From contig JAHEQA010000004.1 in assembly GCA_019561615.1 (NCBI GenBank), positions 42,867 through 106,866 on the forward strand: 64,000 nucleotides of DNA. Direction: 5' to 3'. The translations under genes and the position numbers were made by a program. The DNA comes from Methanothermococcus sp. SCGC AD-155-E23 (GTDB lineage Archaea; AGJL01; Methanococci; Methanococcales; Methanococcaceae). Every line of letters begins with the position of its first letter. Positions within the stretch are counted from its first letter, which is position 1. The notes under the pieces are model-generated. The model did no database searches, was not told the origin of the DNA, and saw nothing but the letters and a program-made list of their open reading frames with translations. Shown here in pieces: positions 20,401 through 32,164 of this stretch.

Positions 20401-23265
20401 ATGGCAGTAGATTTCGTTAAAATCAGTGAGAAGTGGCAGAAGAGATGGGAGAAGGATAAGATATTCCAGGTAGATGGAGGAGATCCAGAGGATAAGAACA
20501 AGTTTTTTATCACTGCAGCCTTTCCCTACCTTAACGGTGTACTCCACGCTGGACATCTAAGGACATTCACCATACCAGAGGTTGTTGCAAGGTATCAGAG
20601 GATGAAGGGTAAGAGGGTACTCTGGACCATGGGATACCATGTAAGTGGAACACCTATACTAGGTCTGGCAGAGCTAATAAGGAAGAGGGATGAGAGGACA
20701 CTAAAGGCCTACAGTGAATTGCACAAGATACCCATGGAGGTACTTCTAAAGTTGGATACTCCAGAGGCTATAGTGGAGTACTTCTCCAAGAGGGCAACTA
20801 GAGCCTTTAAGAAGATGGGGTTCTCCTTTGACTGGAGGAGGAACTTTACAACAGACGATGAAACCTTTAAGAAATTTGTAGAGTGGCAGTTTCTAAGGTT
20901 GAAGGAGAAGGGCTATATAAGAAGAGGTTCCCACCCAGTGAGATACTGTCCAAGTTGTGACAACCCAGTGGAGGATCACGACCTCCTAGAGGGGGAGGAT
21001 GCAACACTTGTCGAGTATATACTTATCAAGTTTAAGGGTAAGATAGAGTTAGATGGGAGGGAGGAGGAGTGTATAGTACCTATGGCTACCCTTAGACCAG
21101 AGACTGTCTTTGGAGTGGTAAATGCCTGGGTAAATCCAGAGGGTAAGTATGTGGTGGCCAAGGTGTACATGGAGGTTGAGGAGGGTAAATTGGAGTATAG
21201 GGGGATATGGATAGTAAGTGAGGAGGCTGCCGAGAAGTTGAGAAATCAGGGTAGAGTTGTAGAGGTGATTAAGGAGATTAAAGGGGAGGAACTTGTTGGG
21301 AAGACTGTTGTAAACCCTGTAAACAACAGGGAGGTGCCAATATACCCTGCTAAATTTGTAGATACCTCTGTGGGGACAGGGTTTGTCATGAGTGTCCCTG
21401 CCCATGCACCCTACGACTACGTAGCCCTCAGGGACTACTATAGAAGTATAGGGAGGGAGTTAAAGGAGGAGGATCTCATACCCCTTATAAAGTTGGAGAA
21501 CTACGGGAAGTACCCTGCAAAGGAGATTGTAGAGAGGATGGGTATAAAGAGCCAGGAGGAGAGGAAGAAGTTGGAGGAGGCCACATCTAAAATCTACAGA
21601 GAGGAGTATCACAAGGGGGTACTTAACGAGAACTGTGGGGAGTACAGTGGTATGCCTGTTAAAGAGGCTAAGGAGATCATAACAAGGGATCTCCTAGAGA
21701 GGGGGATTGGAGAGATACTTTACGAGTTTTCAGAGCCCAATGTTATCTGTAGATGTGGGACTAGATGTATTGTGAAGTTAGTTAAGGGTCAGTGGTTTAT
21801 TACCTACTCAGATGAGAAGTGGAAGAAATTAGCCCATAGATGTGTAGATATGATGGAGTTCATTCCAGAATCCCTTAGGAAGGAGTTCCACAACAAGATA
21901 GACTGGATGAAGGATAAGGCATGTGCCAGGAGGAGGGGACTTGGTACAAGGCTGCCCTTTGACAGGGAGTGGGTTATAGAGAGTCTATCAGACAGTACCA
22001 TCTATATGGCCTACTACACCATAGCAAAGACTATAAATATACACAACATTAGGGAGGAGCAACTACTACCTCAACTCTTCGACTACATATTCTACGGTAG
22101 GGGAGATATAGAGGAGATCTCAAAAATGACTGAGATCCCCAGGGAGCTTATAGAGGAGATGAGGAGGGAGTTCCTATACTTCTACCCCCTAGACTGGAGG
22201 TGCTCCGCCAAGGACCTTATATCCAACCACCTAACCTTTATGATATTCAACCATGTAGCCCTCTTCCCAGAGGAGTTCTGGCCTAGAGGTATAGTGGTAA
22301 ATGGATATGTAACTATAGAGGGTGAGAAACTTTCAAAGTCCAAGGGACCTCTACTTCCAATGGAGGAAGTTGCAGAGAAGTATGGACCAGATGTTGGAAG
22401 GTTCTACATCACCACATGTGCAGAGCTCCCCCACGATGCAGATATAAAGTTTAAGGAGATGGAGAAGGTTAGGGATAATTTGGAGAGATTCTATCACTTT
22501 GCCCAGGAGTTGGTGGATGTCTCTTCAGAGGATATTAACTATGAGGATTTAAGTATTATAGACAGGTGGCTCCTCCACAGACTCCATAAGGCTATAAAAC
22601 TTGCAGATGAGTCCTACAGTACCTTCCAACTTAGGAAGGTAGGTGTACTCTTCTACCAGTTGATCAACGACTTAAAATGGTATAGGAGGAGAGGTGGAGA
22701 TAACAGGGAGCTGCTGAGGTTGGTGGTAGAGACATGGGCAAAGATCCTGGCTCCAATGACACCTCACCTCTGTGAGGAGATATGGGAGCTTTTTGGGAAG
22801 AAATCCTATATCTCCCTGGAGACCTTCCCAGTGGCAGAGGATAGATATATAGATGATACCCTGGAGTTGGGAGAGGAGTTTTTAGCCTCCACCATAGAGG
22901 ATATAAGGAGGATAATTGAGATAGCAAAGATAAAACCTAAAAAGATATACCTTTACACCGCAGATCCCTGGAAGTACCAGGTACTTAAAATAATGAATGA
23001 GAACAGGGACAAGAGTGCTAAGGAGTTAATATCTATAGTGATGAAGGATCCAGAGCTTAGAAGGTATGGAAAAGAGGTAGTAAAACTGATAAGGGAACTT
23101 ATGGAGATGGGTGTGAAACCTGTCATCGATGAAGAGAAGATACTTAGAGATGGTAAGTCCCTAATTGAGAGGGAGTTTGGATGTGAGGTTATAATAAATG
23201 GTGAGGATAAGGGGAATAAGAAGAGACAGGCTATACCCTACAGGGTGGCTATATATCTGGAATAA
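20401..23265 (+). CDS. leuS: leucine--tRNA ligase (archaeal type)
   Basis: FPYLNGVLHAGH (HIGH), KLSKS (KMSKS), SVPAHAPYDY editing domain. Confidence 0.96.
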   Translation: MAVDFVKISEKWQKRWEKDKIFQVDGGDPEDKNKFFITAAFPYLNGVLHAGHLRTFTIPEVVARYQRMKGKRVLWTMGYHVSGTPILGLAELIRKRDERTLKAYSELHKIPMEVLLKLDTPEAIVEYFSKRATRAFKKMGFSFDWRRNFTTDDETFKKFVEWQFLRLKEKGYIRRGSHPVRYCPSCDNPVEDHDLLEGEDATLVEYILIKFKGKIELDGREEECIVPMATLRPETVFGVVNAWVNPEGKYVVAKVYMEVEEGKLEYRGIWIVSEEAAEKLRNQGRVVEVIKEIKGEELVGKTVVNPVNNREVPIYPAKFVDTSVGTGFVMSVPAHAPYDYVALRDYYRSIGRELKEEDLIPLIKLENYGKYPAKEIVERMGIKSQEERKKLEEATSKIYREEYHKGVLNENCGEYSGMPVKEAKEIITRDLLERGIGEILYEFSEPNVICRCGTRCIVKLVKGQWFITYSDEKWKKLAHRCVDMMEFIPESLRKEFHNKIDWMKDKACARRRGLGTRLPFDREWVIESLSDSTIYMAYYTIAKTINIHNIREEQLLPQLFDYIFYGRGDIEEISKMTEIPRELIEEMRREFLYFYPLDWRCSAKDLISNHLTFMIFNHVALFPEEFWPRGIVVNGYVTIEGEKLSKSKGPLLPMEEVAEKYGPDVGRFYITTCAELPHDADIKFKEMEKVRDNLERFYHFAQELVDVSSEDINYEDLSIIDRWLLHRLHKAIKLADESYSTFQLRKVGVLFYQLINDLKWYRRRGGDNRELLRLVVETWAKILAPMTPHLCEEIWELFGKKSYISLETFPVAEDRYIDDTLELGEEFLASTIEDIRRIIEIAKIKPKKIYLYTADPWKYQVLKIMNENRDKSAKELISIVMKDPELRRYGKEVVKLIRELMEMGVKPVIDEEKILRDGKSLIEREFGCEVIINGEDKGNKKRQAIPYRVAIYLE

Positions 23266-23640
23266 TTATTTCTCCTCTATTTTTTCAACGTACATAAGTG
23301 GATAATTTAATTCTTCAATATACTTCAACCTTAGAGAGGCTACTGTGTTCTCCACCTTTACCTTCAACTTAACATCTAACATCTTCCCCTCCAGGGATAT
23401 GTACTCATCCTCCTTTAAATCCCCAACTATTTTCACCGATATATCCTGGACACAGGGTTGATTCCTCATGGATTCCTCTATAGCCCTCTCCAGTATCTCC
23501 CTGTTCTTTAAACTTACAGGGGTGCCTACAAATTGATGAAAGAGGGCTCCCAGGGTGATACCCCCTTCAAATACTGCCCTCTCCCTAGGGGTGAGGTTTT
23601 TAAAATAGCTTTTAAATAGCTCTCTCTCCTCCACCCTCAT
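23266..23640 (-). CDS. mptD: archaeal dihydroneopterin aldolase
   Basis: RAVFEGGITLGALFHQFVGTP, YPLMY. Confidence 0.88.
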   Translation of the reverse strand: MRVEERELFKSYFKNLTPRERAVFEGGITLGALFHQFVGTPVSLKNREILERAIEESMRNQPCVQDISVKIVGDLKEDEYISLEGKMLDVKLKVKVENTVASLRLKYIEELNYPLMYVEKIEEK

Positions 23641-23656
23641 CAGTATACACCAGAGT

Positions 23657-25606
23657 TTATCTAACCTTACTCCCTACAGGTATATCCCTGTCAGGTACTA
23701 GGAGTGCTACATTCTCCTCTCCTCCTGCCAGTATCATACCCTGGGACTCTACACCACATAACTTGGCAGGTTTTATATTACAGAGTACTACTACCTTCTT
23801 ACCTATAAGTTCCTCTGGGGTGTAGTGACCCTTTATACCTGCAACTATCTGTCTCTTCTCATCTCCAATGTCCACTATCAACTTTAAAAGCTTCTTTGAT
23901 TTAGGTATCTCCTCTGCCTCCAGTATCTGACCTATTCTAAGATCTAGTTTTCCAAAGTCTTCAATTGTTATCATACTCTCCTCCTTTTTATCTTTAATAT
24001 TGAGAATCTCCCTCTTAGCCCTTTCTACCTCTTTATCCTCTACTTTTTTAAATACAACCTTTACCTTCTTTAACTCCCTACCCCTTACCTCTAGATCCAA
24101 CTCCTCATTCATGATGTCCAGGATTTCCATACACTTGTTAGGCATGAAGGGGTAGAGAAGGTACACTATGTACTTCACAGCAACACCACAGGTGTAAAGG
24201 ATCTCCTCAAGTCTCTCCTTCTCCTTAACATTCCAGGGTTCCATCCTTTGGAAGTAGTTGTTACCCTCCTGTGCAAGGTGGATAATATCCATAAGTGCCT
24301 CCTTGAAGTTAAACTCCATTATGTGTCTATGGTATCTCTCCCTTATCTCCTCACATCTCTCCATTAATTTTAAGTCTTCCTCCTTTAACCTCTCCCTCTC
24401 TACCTTTACCATCCTCTTGAATTTCCTGTGGGTAAATACAAGTGTCCTGTGAATGAAGTTCCCTATAATTGCAATTAACTCAGTGTTTATCCTCTTCTGA
24501 AACTCCTCAAAGGAGAAATCACAGTCCTTGTTCAGAGGGGCGTTAATCATGAGGAAGTATCTAAGGTAATCTGGATGGAAGTACCTGACAAAGTCCTTCA
24601 CCCATACAACCCATCTCTTACTTGTACTCATCTTTTTCTTCTCCAGGGTTAGATAGCCTCCACTTATTATGGAGGTTGGAAGGTTGTATTCCCCATGGGC
24701 TATTAACATACCTGGCCAGAAGACTGAATGATGAATGACGATATCCTTTCCTATGAAGTGCCATATATTCACATCTTTACCTCTCTCCTTCAACCAGTAA
24801 TCCTTCCATATATCCCCCAACATCTTTGTAAAGGATATGTATCCAATTGGTGCCTCCAGCCATACGTACATAACCTGGCTACTGTCATCTGGTAGTGGAA
24901 CACCCCACTCCATATCCCTGGAGATGTCCCAGTCATGGAGTTCCTCTATCCATCTGTAGGCCATATTTTTAACGTAATCTGGCATCTTGGAGTTTTTAAT
25001 GTACTCCCTTAACTCCTTAGCCAGGGCACTTAATTTAAAGAATCTATGTTTAGTCCTCCTTATCTCCGGGGTACCTTTACAGATTACACAGTAGGGATCT
25101 ATCAACTTGGTAGGTTCTAGATGCCTTCCACATACCTCACAGTGATCTCCCCTGGCCTCACCTTTACAGTAGGGGCAGATACCCTCTACATATCTATCTG
25201 CTAAGAACTTCTTACAATGGGGACAGTAGAATTGCTCAATCTCCTTCTCGTAGATATAGCCATTCTCCTTTAATTTTAGATAGAACTCCTGGGCAGTCTT
25301 TATATGGATGTCACTGTGGGTCTTCCCAAAACTGTCATACTCAATACTTAAACTATCAAGATCCCTCTTTATCTCCCTGTGATACCTGTTTACAATCTCC
25401 TCGGGACTGACACCCTCCCTCTCTGCTATGATGGTAATTGGAACCCCGTGGTTGTCAGTACCTCCAACGTGTATGACCTCCTTACCTATCATCTTCAGGT
25501 ACCTTCTCATAACATCTGCAGGTATGTAGGTACTTCTCACATGTCCTAGATGTAGTGGCCCGTTGGTATATGCCAGGGCACTTGTAATTAAGTACTTCTC
25601 ACCCAT
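23657..25606 (-). CDS. metG: methionine--tRNA ligase with C-terminal tRNA-binding domain
   Basis: [10 protein letters not shown], Zn knuckles, KMSTS, C-terminal Trbp111-like domain. Confidence 0.97.
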   Translation of the reverse strand: MGEKYLITSALAYTNGPLHLGHVRSTYIPADVMRRYLKMIGKEVIHVGGTDNHGVPITIIAEREGVSPEEIVNRYHREIKRDLDSLSIEYDSFGKTHSDIHIKTAQEFYLKLKENGYIYEKEIEQFYCPHCKKFLADRYVEGICPYCKGEARGDHCEVCGRHLEPTKLIDPYCVICKGTPEIRRTKHRFFKLSALAKELREYIKNSKMPDYVKNMAYRWIEELHDWDISRDMEWGVPLPDDSSQVMYVWLEAPIGYISFTKMLGDIWKDYWLKERGKDVNIWHFIGKDIVIHHSVFWPGMLIAHGEYNLPTSIISGGYLTLEKKKMSTSKRWVVWVKDFVRYFHPDYLRYFLMINAPLNKDCDFSFEEFQKRINTELIAIIGNFIHRTLVFTHRKFKRMVKVERERLKEEDLKLMERCEEIRERYHRHIMEFNFKEALMDIIHLAQEGNNYFQRMEPWNVKEKERLEEILYTCGVAVKYIVYLLYPFMPNKCMEILDIMNEELDLEVRGRELKKVKVVFKKVEDKEVERAKREILNIKDKKEESMITIEDFGKLDLRIGQILEAEEIPKSKKLLKLIVDIGDEKRQIVAGIKGHYTPEELIGKKVVVLCNIKPAKLCGVESQGMILAGGEENVALLVPDRDIPVGSKVR

Positions 25607-26426
25607 GATTTCCCTCGTATATTCTACAGGTTATAGGGTTTCTAAGTATAGATAGGACATCCTCTATCTCCTCCTCTGTACATAGGACAAAGAGGGTGTT
25701 TCCAAGCATGGCCTGGGAGGCTCCCCTGGTAAAACTAAGATCCTCACATAGGGAGAGTATCTCCTCAGATGCCAAACCACTCTCCCTTGCAAATGTATAG
25801 GATAGTCTCATGAAGTTCTCCAACGTTGGATCCTTTAATATCTCTTTTAAAAGTCTACTCCCTACCCTGTTTATCCTCTCAATCCACCTGGGATCCTCTA
25901 TAATATCCCTGGTCTCCTTCCTTCCAAGTACCTCGAGGACTATATAGTATCTCTCCCCCTCCCCTATATTAATTTTCTTTACCTCTGGAGGAAAACCTGG
26001 TTTCCTCCTTATGACAAATCCTCCAAAGTACTGGCCTATTACATCTCCAAGGCCAGTTCCACATCTCACCTCACTTATATGGGCTACCTTCAACAACTCC
26101 AACTCATCCCTCTGGGGATCTACCACCCTCCCTAACTCGTAGGCACATCCCAGGGCACAGGCTCCAGAGATACCTAAACCACAACCTAGGGGAAGTTGGG
26201 ACCTATGTATAACGTCGTACCCCTCTACACCTATATTTTTCATAACCTCCCTGGTAGGGCATAGATCCATCTCCCTACCGTTGAAGTATATCCTTCCCTT
26301 ACCTCTTCTCACCTCTGTAATCACCCCCCTATCCACAGTTATCCCTGCCCCAGTTGAACCTGTCTTTAGAGGATCCCTATCCCTGTGTATGGTAAAGAAC
26401 CCTGTGATATGCCCAGGGATATACAT
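25599..26426 (-). CDS. pok: pantoate kinase (GHMP kinase family)
   Basis: [36 protein letters not shown]. Confidence 0.88.
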   Translation of the reverse strand: MYIPGHITGFFTIHRDRDPLKTGSTGAGITVDRGVITEVRRGKGRIYFNGREMDLCPTREVMKNIGVEGYDVIHRSQLPLGCGLGISGACALGCAYELGRVVDPQRDELELLKVAHISEVRCGTGLGDVIGQYFGGFVIRRKPGFPPEVKKINIGEGERYYIVLEVLGRKETRDIIEDPRWIERINRVGSRLLKEILKDPTLENFMRLSYTFARESGLASEEILSLCEDLSFTRGASQAMLGNTLFVLCTEEEIEDVLSILRNPITCRIYEGNHG

Positions 26427-26431
26427 AGGGA

Positions 26432-27100
26432 TTACCTTAAGTACTGTAGACACTCTGGGAAGTACTTGGCTATGTAGTCGTAGTCCCTCTCGATGTAGAT
26501 GTGCATACTTACACTGTGATGGGTGTAGCTTCCATACTCTACTCCAAGGTTCTCAGCTACCATCTCTCCCAGGGCTATCAATCCAAGGGCGTTGGCGTGA
26601 TAGGCCAGTAGTAAATCGTTACTCCTAAAGAGTACTGTCTGATGGAGTTTGTTATCCCTTATAAGAAATTGAATGTACTGGAGACAGGGGACACTACCTC
26701 TCTTCCTCTTACTTACCTCTATGTCAATAAGGGGTTGCCAGGTTATTGCCAGGGCCCTCCTGGAGTTCCTCTCCTCCCTCAATTTTTCCAGGATATAACT
26801 TATCTGATCCACCTGAGTACCATTTACAGGATACTTGAAGAGTCTACTGTGGTAGTCGTAGGAGAATTTGTTCTCAGAACCGTAAAGTAGGTTTTTAGTG
26901 TACTGCTCCACTGCATTCCTTCCCAGGGGATACCTTGGACTTATACTCTTTAACTTGGGATTGGTTATCTCCACTACAACATTTCTTATCTCCCTACATA
27001 GGTCTCCATCTTCAGTGACCATGTCCTCCCCCTTCTCCAACACCTCCCTAACAAGGTACTCGTAACTGGCCCTTACCGAGGGTTTTCTAATGGCAAGCAT
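26432..27100 (-). CDS. thyA: thymidylate synthase (archaeal ThyA type)
   Basis: FSYDYHSRL, SRRA, VPCL, FRSNDL, SMHIY. Confidence 0.9.
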   Translation of the reverse strand: MLAIRKPSVRASYEYLVREVLEKGEDMVTEDGDLCREIRNVVVEITNPKLKSISPRYPLGRNAVEQYTKNLLYGSENKFSYDYHSRLFKYPVNGTQVDQISYILEKLREERNSRRALAITWQPLIDIEVSKRKRGSVPCLQYIQFLIRDNKLHQTVLFRSNDLLLAYHANALGLIALGEMVAENLGVEYGSYTHHSVSMHIYIERDYDYIAKYFPECLQYLR

Positions 27101-27887
27101 AGTCCTCCTCTTTATACCCTTTATTAAATTCCTCTATCCATTTAACCTTCCCCCTTAAAAGACATCTTGCAACGGAGACTAGATCTGAGTATCTCAACAT
27201 CCTCTTGGCATCTTCAAAGGAGGTTACAGAGTTGTTCCCTATGATTATCTTCTCTTTAAAGTATACTCTTATCCCCCTTAGGTAATCAAGATCTGGATAA
27301 TCCCTTCCAGGGTTAAAACAGTCCAGGTGTATCCCCTGGAAGTACTTCCTCACCTTACTTAAAACTCCTATTAGCTCCTCTACAGGGACCACGTTTGCCC
27401 TCACCTTTAGAAAAATAGGTTTCTCTATTTCCACCTCCCAAATCCCCTTTAGAAAATCCCTTAGGGTCTCAAAGTTCTCCCTTTTAAGTAACGCCTGCCC
27501 TATACCTAGCCTGAGGATCTCCTCCTGACGACAGTGACAGTTTAACTCTATTATATCGCAGTATTTTCCCAGAATCTCTATCCTATTCCTGGCTTCCTCA
27601 AAATCTCTGAACCTAATATTCACAGAGATGAGGGCGTTACTCTCCCTGGCTTTTTTAACCTCCTTCTTTACTATATCCTCGAAGTTATCTAGGCTGTAGA
27701 GAAACTCCCTCCTCCCCCTTTTCACCATCTCCCTACTGGCAGACAATGTGGCACTGTCCAAGTTGAGAGCTCCCAGGGTAACTATGCCAAATAGGTTCCT
27801 GTATTTCCCACAGAAGGATCCATCTGTAATACCTGCCATAGGGGCAAGAACCACCTTCCTACCTCTACATCCCCTGAGAACCTCCAT
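27087..27887 (-). CDS. dihydrouridine-synthase-like TIM-barrel flavoprotein (archaeal family)
   Basis: LAPMAGITD, ELNCHCRQ, IGNNSV, VSVAR. Confidence 0.85.
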   Translation of the reverse strand: MEVLRGCRGRKVVLAPMAGITDGSFCGKYRNLFGIVTLGALNLDSATLSASREMVKRGRREFLYSLDNFEDIVKKEVKKARESNALISVNIRFRDFEEARNRIEILGKYCDIIELNCHCRQEEILRLGIGQALLKRENFETLRDFLKGIWEVEIEKPIFLKVRANVVPVEELIGVLSKVRKYFQGIHLDCFNPGRDYPDLDYLRGIRVYFKEKIIIGNNSVTSFEDAKRMLRYSDLVSVARCLLRGKVKWIEEFNKGYKEEDYACH

Positions 27888-27898
27888 GTATACCCCAC

Positions 27899-28699
27899 CT
27901 ATATAGGACATAGTGTGTTAAACCTTCTCCTAATACTGTAGTTTTCATAGTTCAAGGTACACACCTGACTCTCCACCTTACCCTTCCTTATAAGTTCCAA
28001 TCCAATATCTGCCATATTGGAGGCCTCCTCTGCAGTCTTTCCTATCCCAATTCCCGCCTTCAACTGAAGCCCTGTCTTCTCCCTTATATCTTCAAAGATA
28101 GCTAGGAAGTCTTCCTCAGTCATACCGTTACATGGACACATGAAGTTATCTCCACCTATGAAGAACACCATGGCACCGTACTTCTTCAACTCCTTCATAA
28201 GTCTCAGGTGGATCTCGTTGATAAGAAGATAGGTGTCATAGGCACTCTCCAGATCTGTCAGTGTCTCTGTAACGTTGTTTACATCCATATGTGCCAGTTG
28301 AACGTATCCATCCTCCAGGATGAAGTTATTTGCAACATCCAATACCTCCTTCCTATACTTATCCTGGGCACTTCCATGCTCCTGTATCTTCTCTGTGGCT
28401 AACTTCTGGGCCTCGTAGGGAGTCTCTGCCGAGGCAATCCCCATACTCACTGTAAAGGGGTATCTGTTCCTTATACTCTCCTGGATCCTCCTGTGGGTGT
28501 CAAGGTCTATACCGTTGGTTATTGCAATTAGGTTATCAAATCTAGTGTAAAAAACTAGACCCCTATGGGCCCCAAATTGAAGGTTTAGATCCCCATAAAG
28601 TCTTGACTGAAGGGCCTGTAAATCACTCTCTCTCCTGGGATTGGGGGTTACAGTCCAGGGGCCGTAGTTGTCTATCTGGATAACTGTAATCTGAATCAT
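27899..28699 (-). CDS. gch3: GTP cyclohydrolase III
   Basis: [25 protein letters not shown]. Confidence 0.93.
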   Translation of the reverse strand: MIQITVIQIDNYGPWTVTPNPRRESDLQALQSRLYGDLNLQFGAHRGLVFYTRFDNLIAITNGIDLDTHRRIQESIRNRYPFTVSMGIASAETPYEAQKLATEKIQEHGSAQDKYRKEVLDVANNFILEDGYVQLAHMDVNNVTETLTDLESAYDTYLLINEIHLRLMKELKKYGAMVFFIGGDNFMCPCNGMTEEDFLAIFEDIREKTGLQLKAGIGIGKTAEEASNMADIGLELIRKGKVESQVCTLNYENYSIRRRFNTLCPI

Positions 28700-28815
28700 G
28701 ATATCCTCAGGGTGTATTATACTATAATCTCTTTCCATGAGGATATAAAAATATTATAGAAAGATATAAAAATCAAGATCATGAAAAGAATTATCAAAAT
28801 AAAAAGGGGGAGAGA

Positions 28816-29922
28816 ATGGAGGAAAAGATTACAATAAGTGTTATTAAAGCAGATGTTGGGGGGCTCTGTGGTCACACCGAGGCTCCAGAGGAGTTACTGG
28901 AGGTATGTGACTGTATCCTTGAGGAGGCTGTAGACGAGATAATTATAGACTACTACGTTACAAGGTGTGGGGACGATATAAACCTCATTATGACCCATAG
29001 GTTAGGTGTAGATAACGAGAAGGTTCACGGCCTGGCCTGGAGGGCATTTGAAGAGGCTACCAAGGTTGCCAAAGAGATGAAACTCTACGGAGCAGGACAG
29101 GATCTACTTGCAGAGGCATTCAGTGGTAACGTTAGGGGGATGGGGCCAGGATGTGCGGAGATGGAGTTTGTTGAGAGGCCAAGTGAACCTGTAATAGTAT
29201 TCTGCTGTGATAAAACTGATCCCTCTGCATTTAACTTACCACTGTACAAGATATTTGCAGACCCCTTTAATACCGCAGGATTGGTATATGACAAATCCAT
29301 GATTAACGGCTTTAAATTCGACGTTCTAGATATTATCGACAACAAACAGGTGACCTTAAAGGCACCTGAGGAGTCCTATCAGTTACTGGCTCTCATAGGA
29401 AACCTGGAGAAGTACTGTATTAAGAGAGTCTATAGGGCAAAGGATAACGAGATTGCAGCAGTTGTAAGTTCTGAGAAGTTAAATCTCATTGCAGGAAGAT
29501 ACGTAGGTAAGGATGACCCAGTTGCAGTTGTTAGGGCCCAAAGTGGAATGCCTGCAGTGGGAGAGATCTTGGAACCCTTTGCAAATCCACATCTTGTACC
29601 TGGATGGATGAGGGGATGTCACTGGGGACCACTGATGCCAGTTAGTGAGGATGATGCAAGACCTACAAGGTTTGATGGACCTCCAAGGATCATGGCTTTA
29701 GGATTCCAGATCTCCCATGGAAGGTTAATAGGGCCAAATGATCTCTTTGACGATGTGGCCTTCAACAGGGCTAGGGAGAAGGCCTTAAAGATGGCTGATA
29801 TAATAAGGAAGATGGGGCCCTTCCAGCCTCACAGATTACCTGAGGCCATGTTGGAGTATACCACAGTACCTGAGATAATGGCTGAGTTGAAGGAGAGATT
29901 TGTGGATGTTGAGAAGAAGTAA
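28816..29922 (+). CDS. fbp: fructose-1,6-bisphosphate aldolase/phosphatase
   Basis: SVIKADVG, LYGAGQDLL, YVGKDDP, GWMRG, RFDGPP. Confidence 0.96.
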   Translation: MEEKITISVIKADVGGLCGHTEAPEELLEVCDCILEEAVDEIIIDYYVTRCGDDINLIMTHRLGVDNEKVHGLAWRAFEEATKVAKEMKLYGAGQDLLAEAFSGNVRGMGPGCAEMEFVERPSEPVIVFCCDKTDPSAFNLPLYKIFADPFNTAGLVYDKSMINGFKFDVLDIIDNKQVTLKAPEESYQLLALIGNLEKYCIKRVYRAKDNEIAAVVSSEKLNLIAGRYVGKDDPVAVVRAQSGMPAVGEILEPFANPHLVPGWMRGCHWGPLMPVSEDDARPTRFDGPPRIMALGFQISHGRLIGPNDLFDDVAFNRAREKALKMADIIRKMGPFQPHRLPEAMLEYTTVPEIMAELKERFVDVEKK

Positions 29923-31134
29923 TTATAAGAGATAGACCTTTACGTAATCCCCTCTCTCATAACCCTCTATATTTTCATCCACTAGGATGTAACCCTCCCC
30001 ATCCTTGAGGGAGGAGAGTACACCACTCCCCCTGATCCTCAGGGGCTCAATGTAGGTTTTTCTATTTTCACTAACTAACTTCACCCTAACTACATCTGTC
30101 CTCCCCACTGTAGAGGGTATACCTCTCCTCAGGGGTAGGTAAAGAGATCTTCTACTTTTGAAGTAACTTCTAAAGAACAACTCAAACTGTATCACTGCGG
30201 CAACTGGATACCCTGAGAGTATATAGAGCGGTACCTTCCTATCCTCCAGGGGACATACTCCAAATCCAAAGGGTTTTCCTGGCCTTATCTGTACCCCATG
30301 GATTATCAACTCTCCAATACCTTTAACAACTTCAACGGTGTAATCCCTCTCCCCTACAGAGGTGCCTCCAGTGGTAATCACTACATCGTTCTCCTTTACA
30401 GCCCTTAAAAGAACCTCTTCTATCTCCTCTTTCTCATCCCTTACACTTCTGTACATCTTTGGGGTGAAACCTAGCTCCCCTATAAGGGCGTGGAACATGG
30501 GGGTGTTAGAGTTTACAATATATCTTTTTCTCTTTAACTCCTCTATAGTTGTGAAGTCCTCCAGATCTATTAACTCATCCCCTATGGATACTATTCCAAC
30601 ACTTAAATGGTAGGTCTTAACATCCCTTATACCTAGGGAGGAGAGTAGCCCTATATGGTAGGGAGTTATAACCTCTCCCCTTTTCACTATTACCTCTCCC
30701 CTCTTAACATCCTCCCCCCTCCTGGACACGTTCTCGTAGGGGTGAACTCCCCTTCTTACCTCTACAAACCCCTCCCCCTCTATACAGTACTCCTTCATAA
30801 CAACTGCATCTACACCCTGAGGAATTGGCATCCCAGTGGATAACTTAACACACTGCCCCTTTTCCACAGGTTTATCAGGGTCTTCTAGGAGGTCCAGTAT
30901 AACAGGGTTTGTCTCAGAGGCTCCGAAGGTGTCCTCTGCTATCACCCCATAGCCATCCATGGCAGCTCTGTCAAACATGGGAAGGTCCTCAGGTGATAGG
31001 ACATCTTCGGCACATATCCTGTTCCATGCCTCATATACAGGGGTTGTTCTAACCCTCCCCTCCACCACTTTTTCCAACTCCTTAAATACAATATCCCTGG
31101 CCCTCCTATAGGATATGAGATTTTTTAGAAGCAT
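29923..31134 (-). CDS. moeA: molybdopterin molybdotransferase
   Basis: FDRAAMDGY, STGMPIP, TTGGTSVG, RPGKP. Confidence 0.92.
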   Translation of the reverse strand: MLLKNLISYRRARDIVFKELEKVVEGRVRTTPVYEAWNRICAEDVLSPEDLPMFDRAAMDGYGVIAEDTFGASETNPVILDLLEDPDKPVEKGQCVKLSTGMPIPQGVDAVVMKEYCIEGEGFVEVRRGVHPYENVSRRGEDVKRGEVIVKRGEVITPYHIGLLSSLGIRDVKTYHLSVGIVSIGDELIDLEDFTTIEELKRKRYIVNSNTPMFHALIGELGFTPKMYRSVRDEKEEIEEVLLRAVKENDVVITTGGTSVGERDYTVEVVKGIGELIIHGVQIRPGKPFGFGVCPLEDRKVPLYILSGYPVAAVIQFELFFRSYFKSRRSLYLPLRRGIPSTVGRTDVVRVKLVSENRKTYIEPLRIRGSGVLSSLKDGEGYILVDENIEGYERGDYVKVYLL

Positions 31135-31180
31135 AAATATCACCACTGACAAATTATTCTTAAAAATTTAAAGGGGGACT

Positions 31181-32164
31181 ATGGAGAAGAACACCCTAAA
31201 GTCTCTAATATGGGATGACAAAAATAACCAGTTGATCCTTATAGATCAGAGGAAACTTCCCCATAGATTGGAGTACTTTGTATGTAACAACTACGAGGAT
31301 GTTGCCTTTGCCATAGAGGATATGGTGGTAAGGGGTGCCCCTGCAATAGGGATAAGTGCAGCTTATGGGATGGCACTTGCAGAGATAAAGGGAGATGACA
31401 TTGAAAAGGCCTATGAGAGGCTGAAAAATACAAGACCTACTGCAGTAAATCTATTCTGGGCCCTTGACAGGTGTATGAAGGCCTACAGGAGTAACAGATC
31501 TATCCTAAGTGAGGCCAAACTTATCCATAAAGAGGACAGGGAGGCCTGTAGAAGGATAGGGGAGATAGGGGAGAAAGTTGTTGAAGATGGAGATACTGTA
31601 CTAACCCACTGTAACGCTGGCGCCCTTGCAACCTCTGCCTATGGAACTGCCCTAAGTGTTATAAGGTTTGCACACTACAGGGGCAAAGATATAAGGGTTA
31701 TAGTGGATGAGACAAGACCAAGGTTACAGGGGGCAAAGTTGACAAGTTTCGAGTTAAAGTATGAGGGTATTCCAGTGAAGATAATTACAGACAGTACAGC
31801 AGGTTTTTTGATGAAGAAGGGTATGATAGATAAGGTTATAGTTGGGGCAGATAGGGTTTTGAGGGACTACACAGTTTTCAATAAAATAGGTACCTACTCC
31901 CTGGCTGTACTTGCCAAGTATCACAACATACCCTTCTATGTGGCCTCCCCAACATCCACCTTTGATCTTAAGAGTTCCATAGAGGATGTTGTTATCGAGG
32001 AGAGGGATGAGAGGGAGGTACTCTATATTGAAGGTAAGAGGATAGCACCTGAAGGTGTGGGAGCCTACAACTACGCCTTTGATATAACACCCTTTGAGTT
32101 GATCACTGGAATTATCACAGAGAAGGGGATAATATACAACGAGGAGGATAAGAGGATATCTTAG
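31181..32164 (+). CDS. mtnA: methylthioribose/5-deoxyribose-1-phosphate isomerase
   Basis: VRGAPAIG, RPTAVNL, THCNAGALAT, ETRPRLQG, NKIGTY. Confidence 0.9.
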   Translation: MEKNTLKSLIWDDKNNQLILIDQRKLPHRLEYFVCNNYEDVAFAIEDMVVRGAPAIGISAAYGMALAEIKGDDIEKAYERLKNTRPTAVNLFWALDRCMKAYRSNRSILSEAKLIHKEDREACRRIGEIGEKVVEDGDTVLTHCNAGALATSAYGTALSVIRFAHYRGKDIRVIVDETRPRLQGAKLTSFELKYEGIPVKIITDSTAGFLMKKGMIDKVIVGADRVLRDYTVFNKIGTYSLAVLAKYHNIPFYVASPTSTFDLKSSIEDVVIEERDEREVLYIEGKRIAPEGVGAYNYAFDITPFELITGIITEKGIIYNEEDKRIS

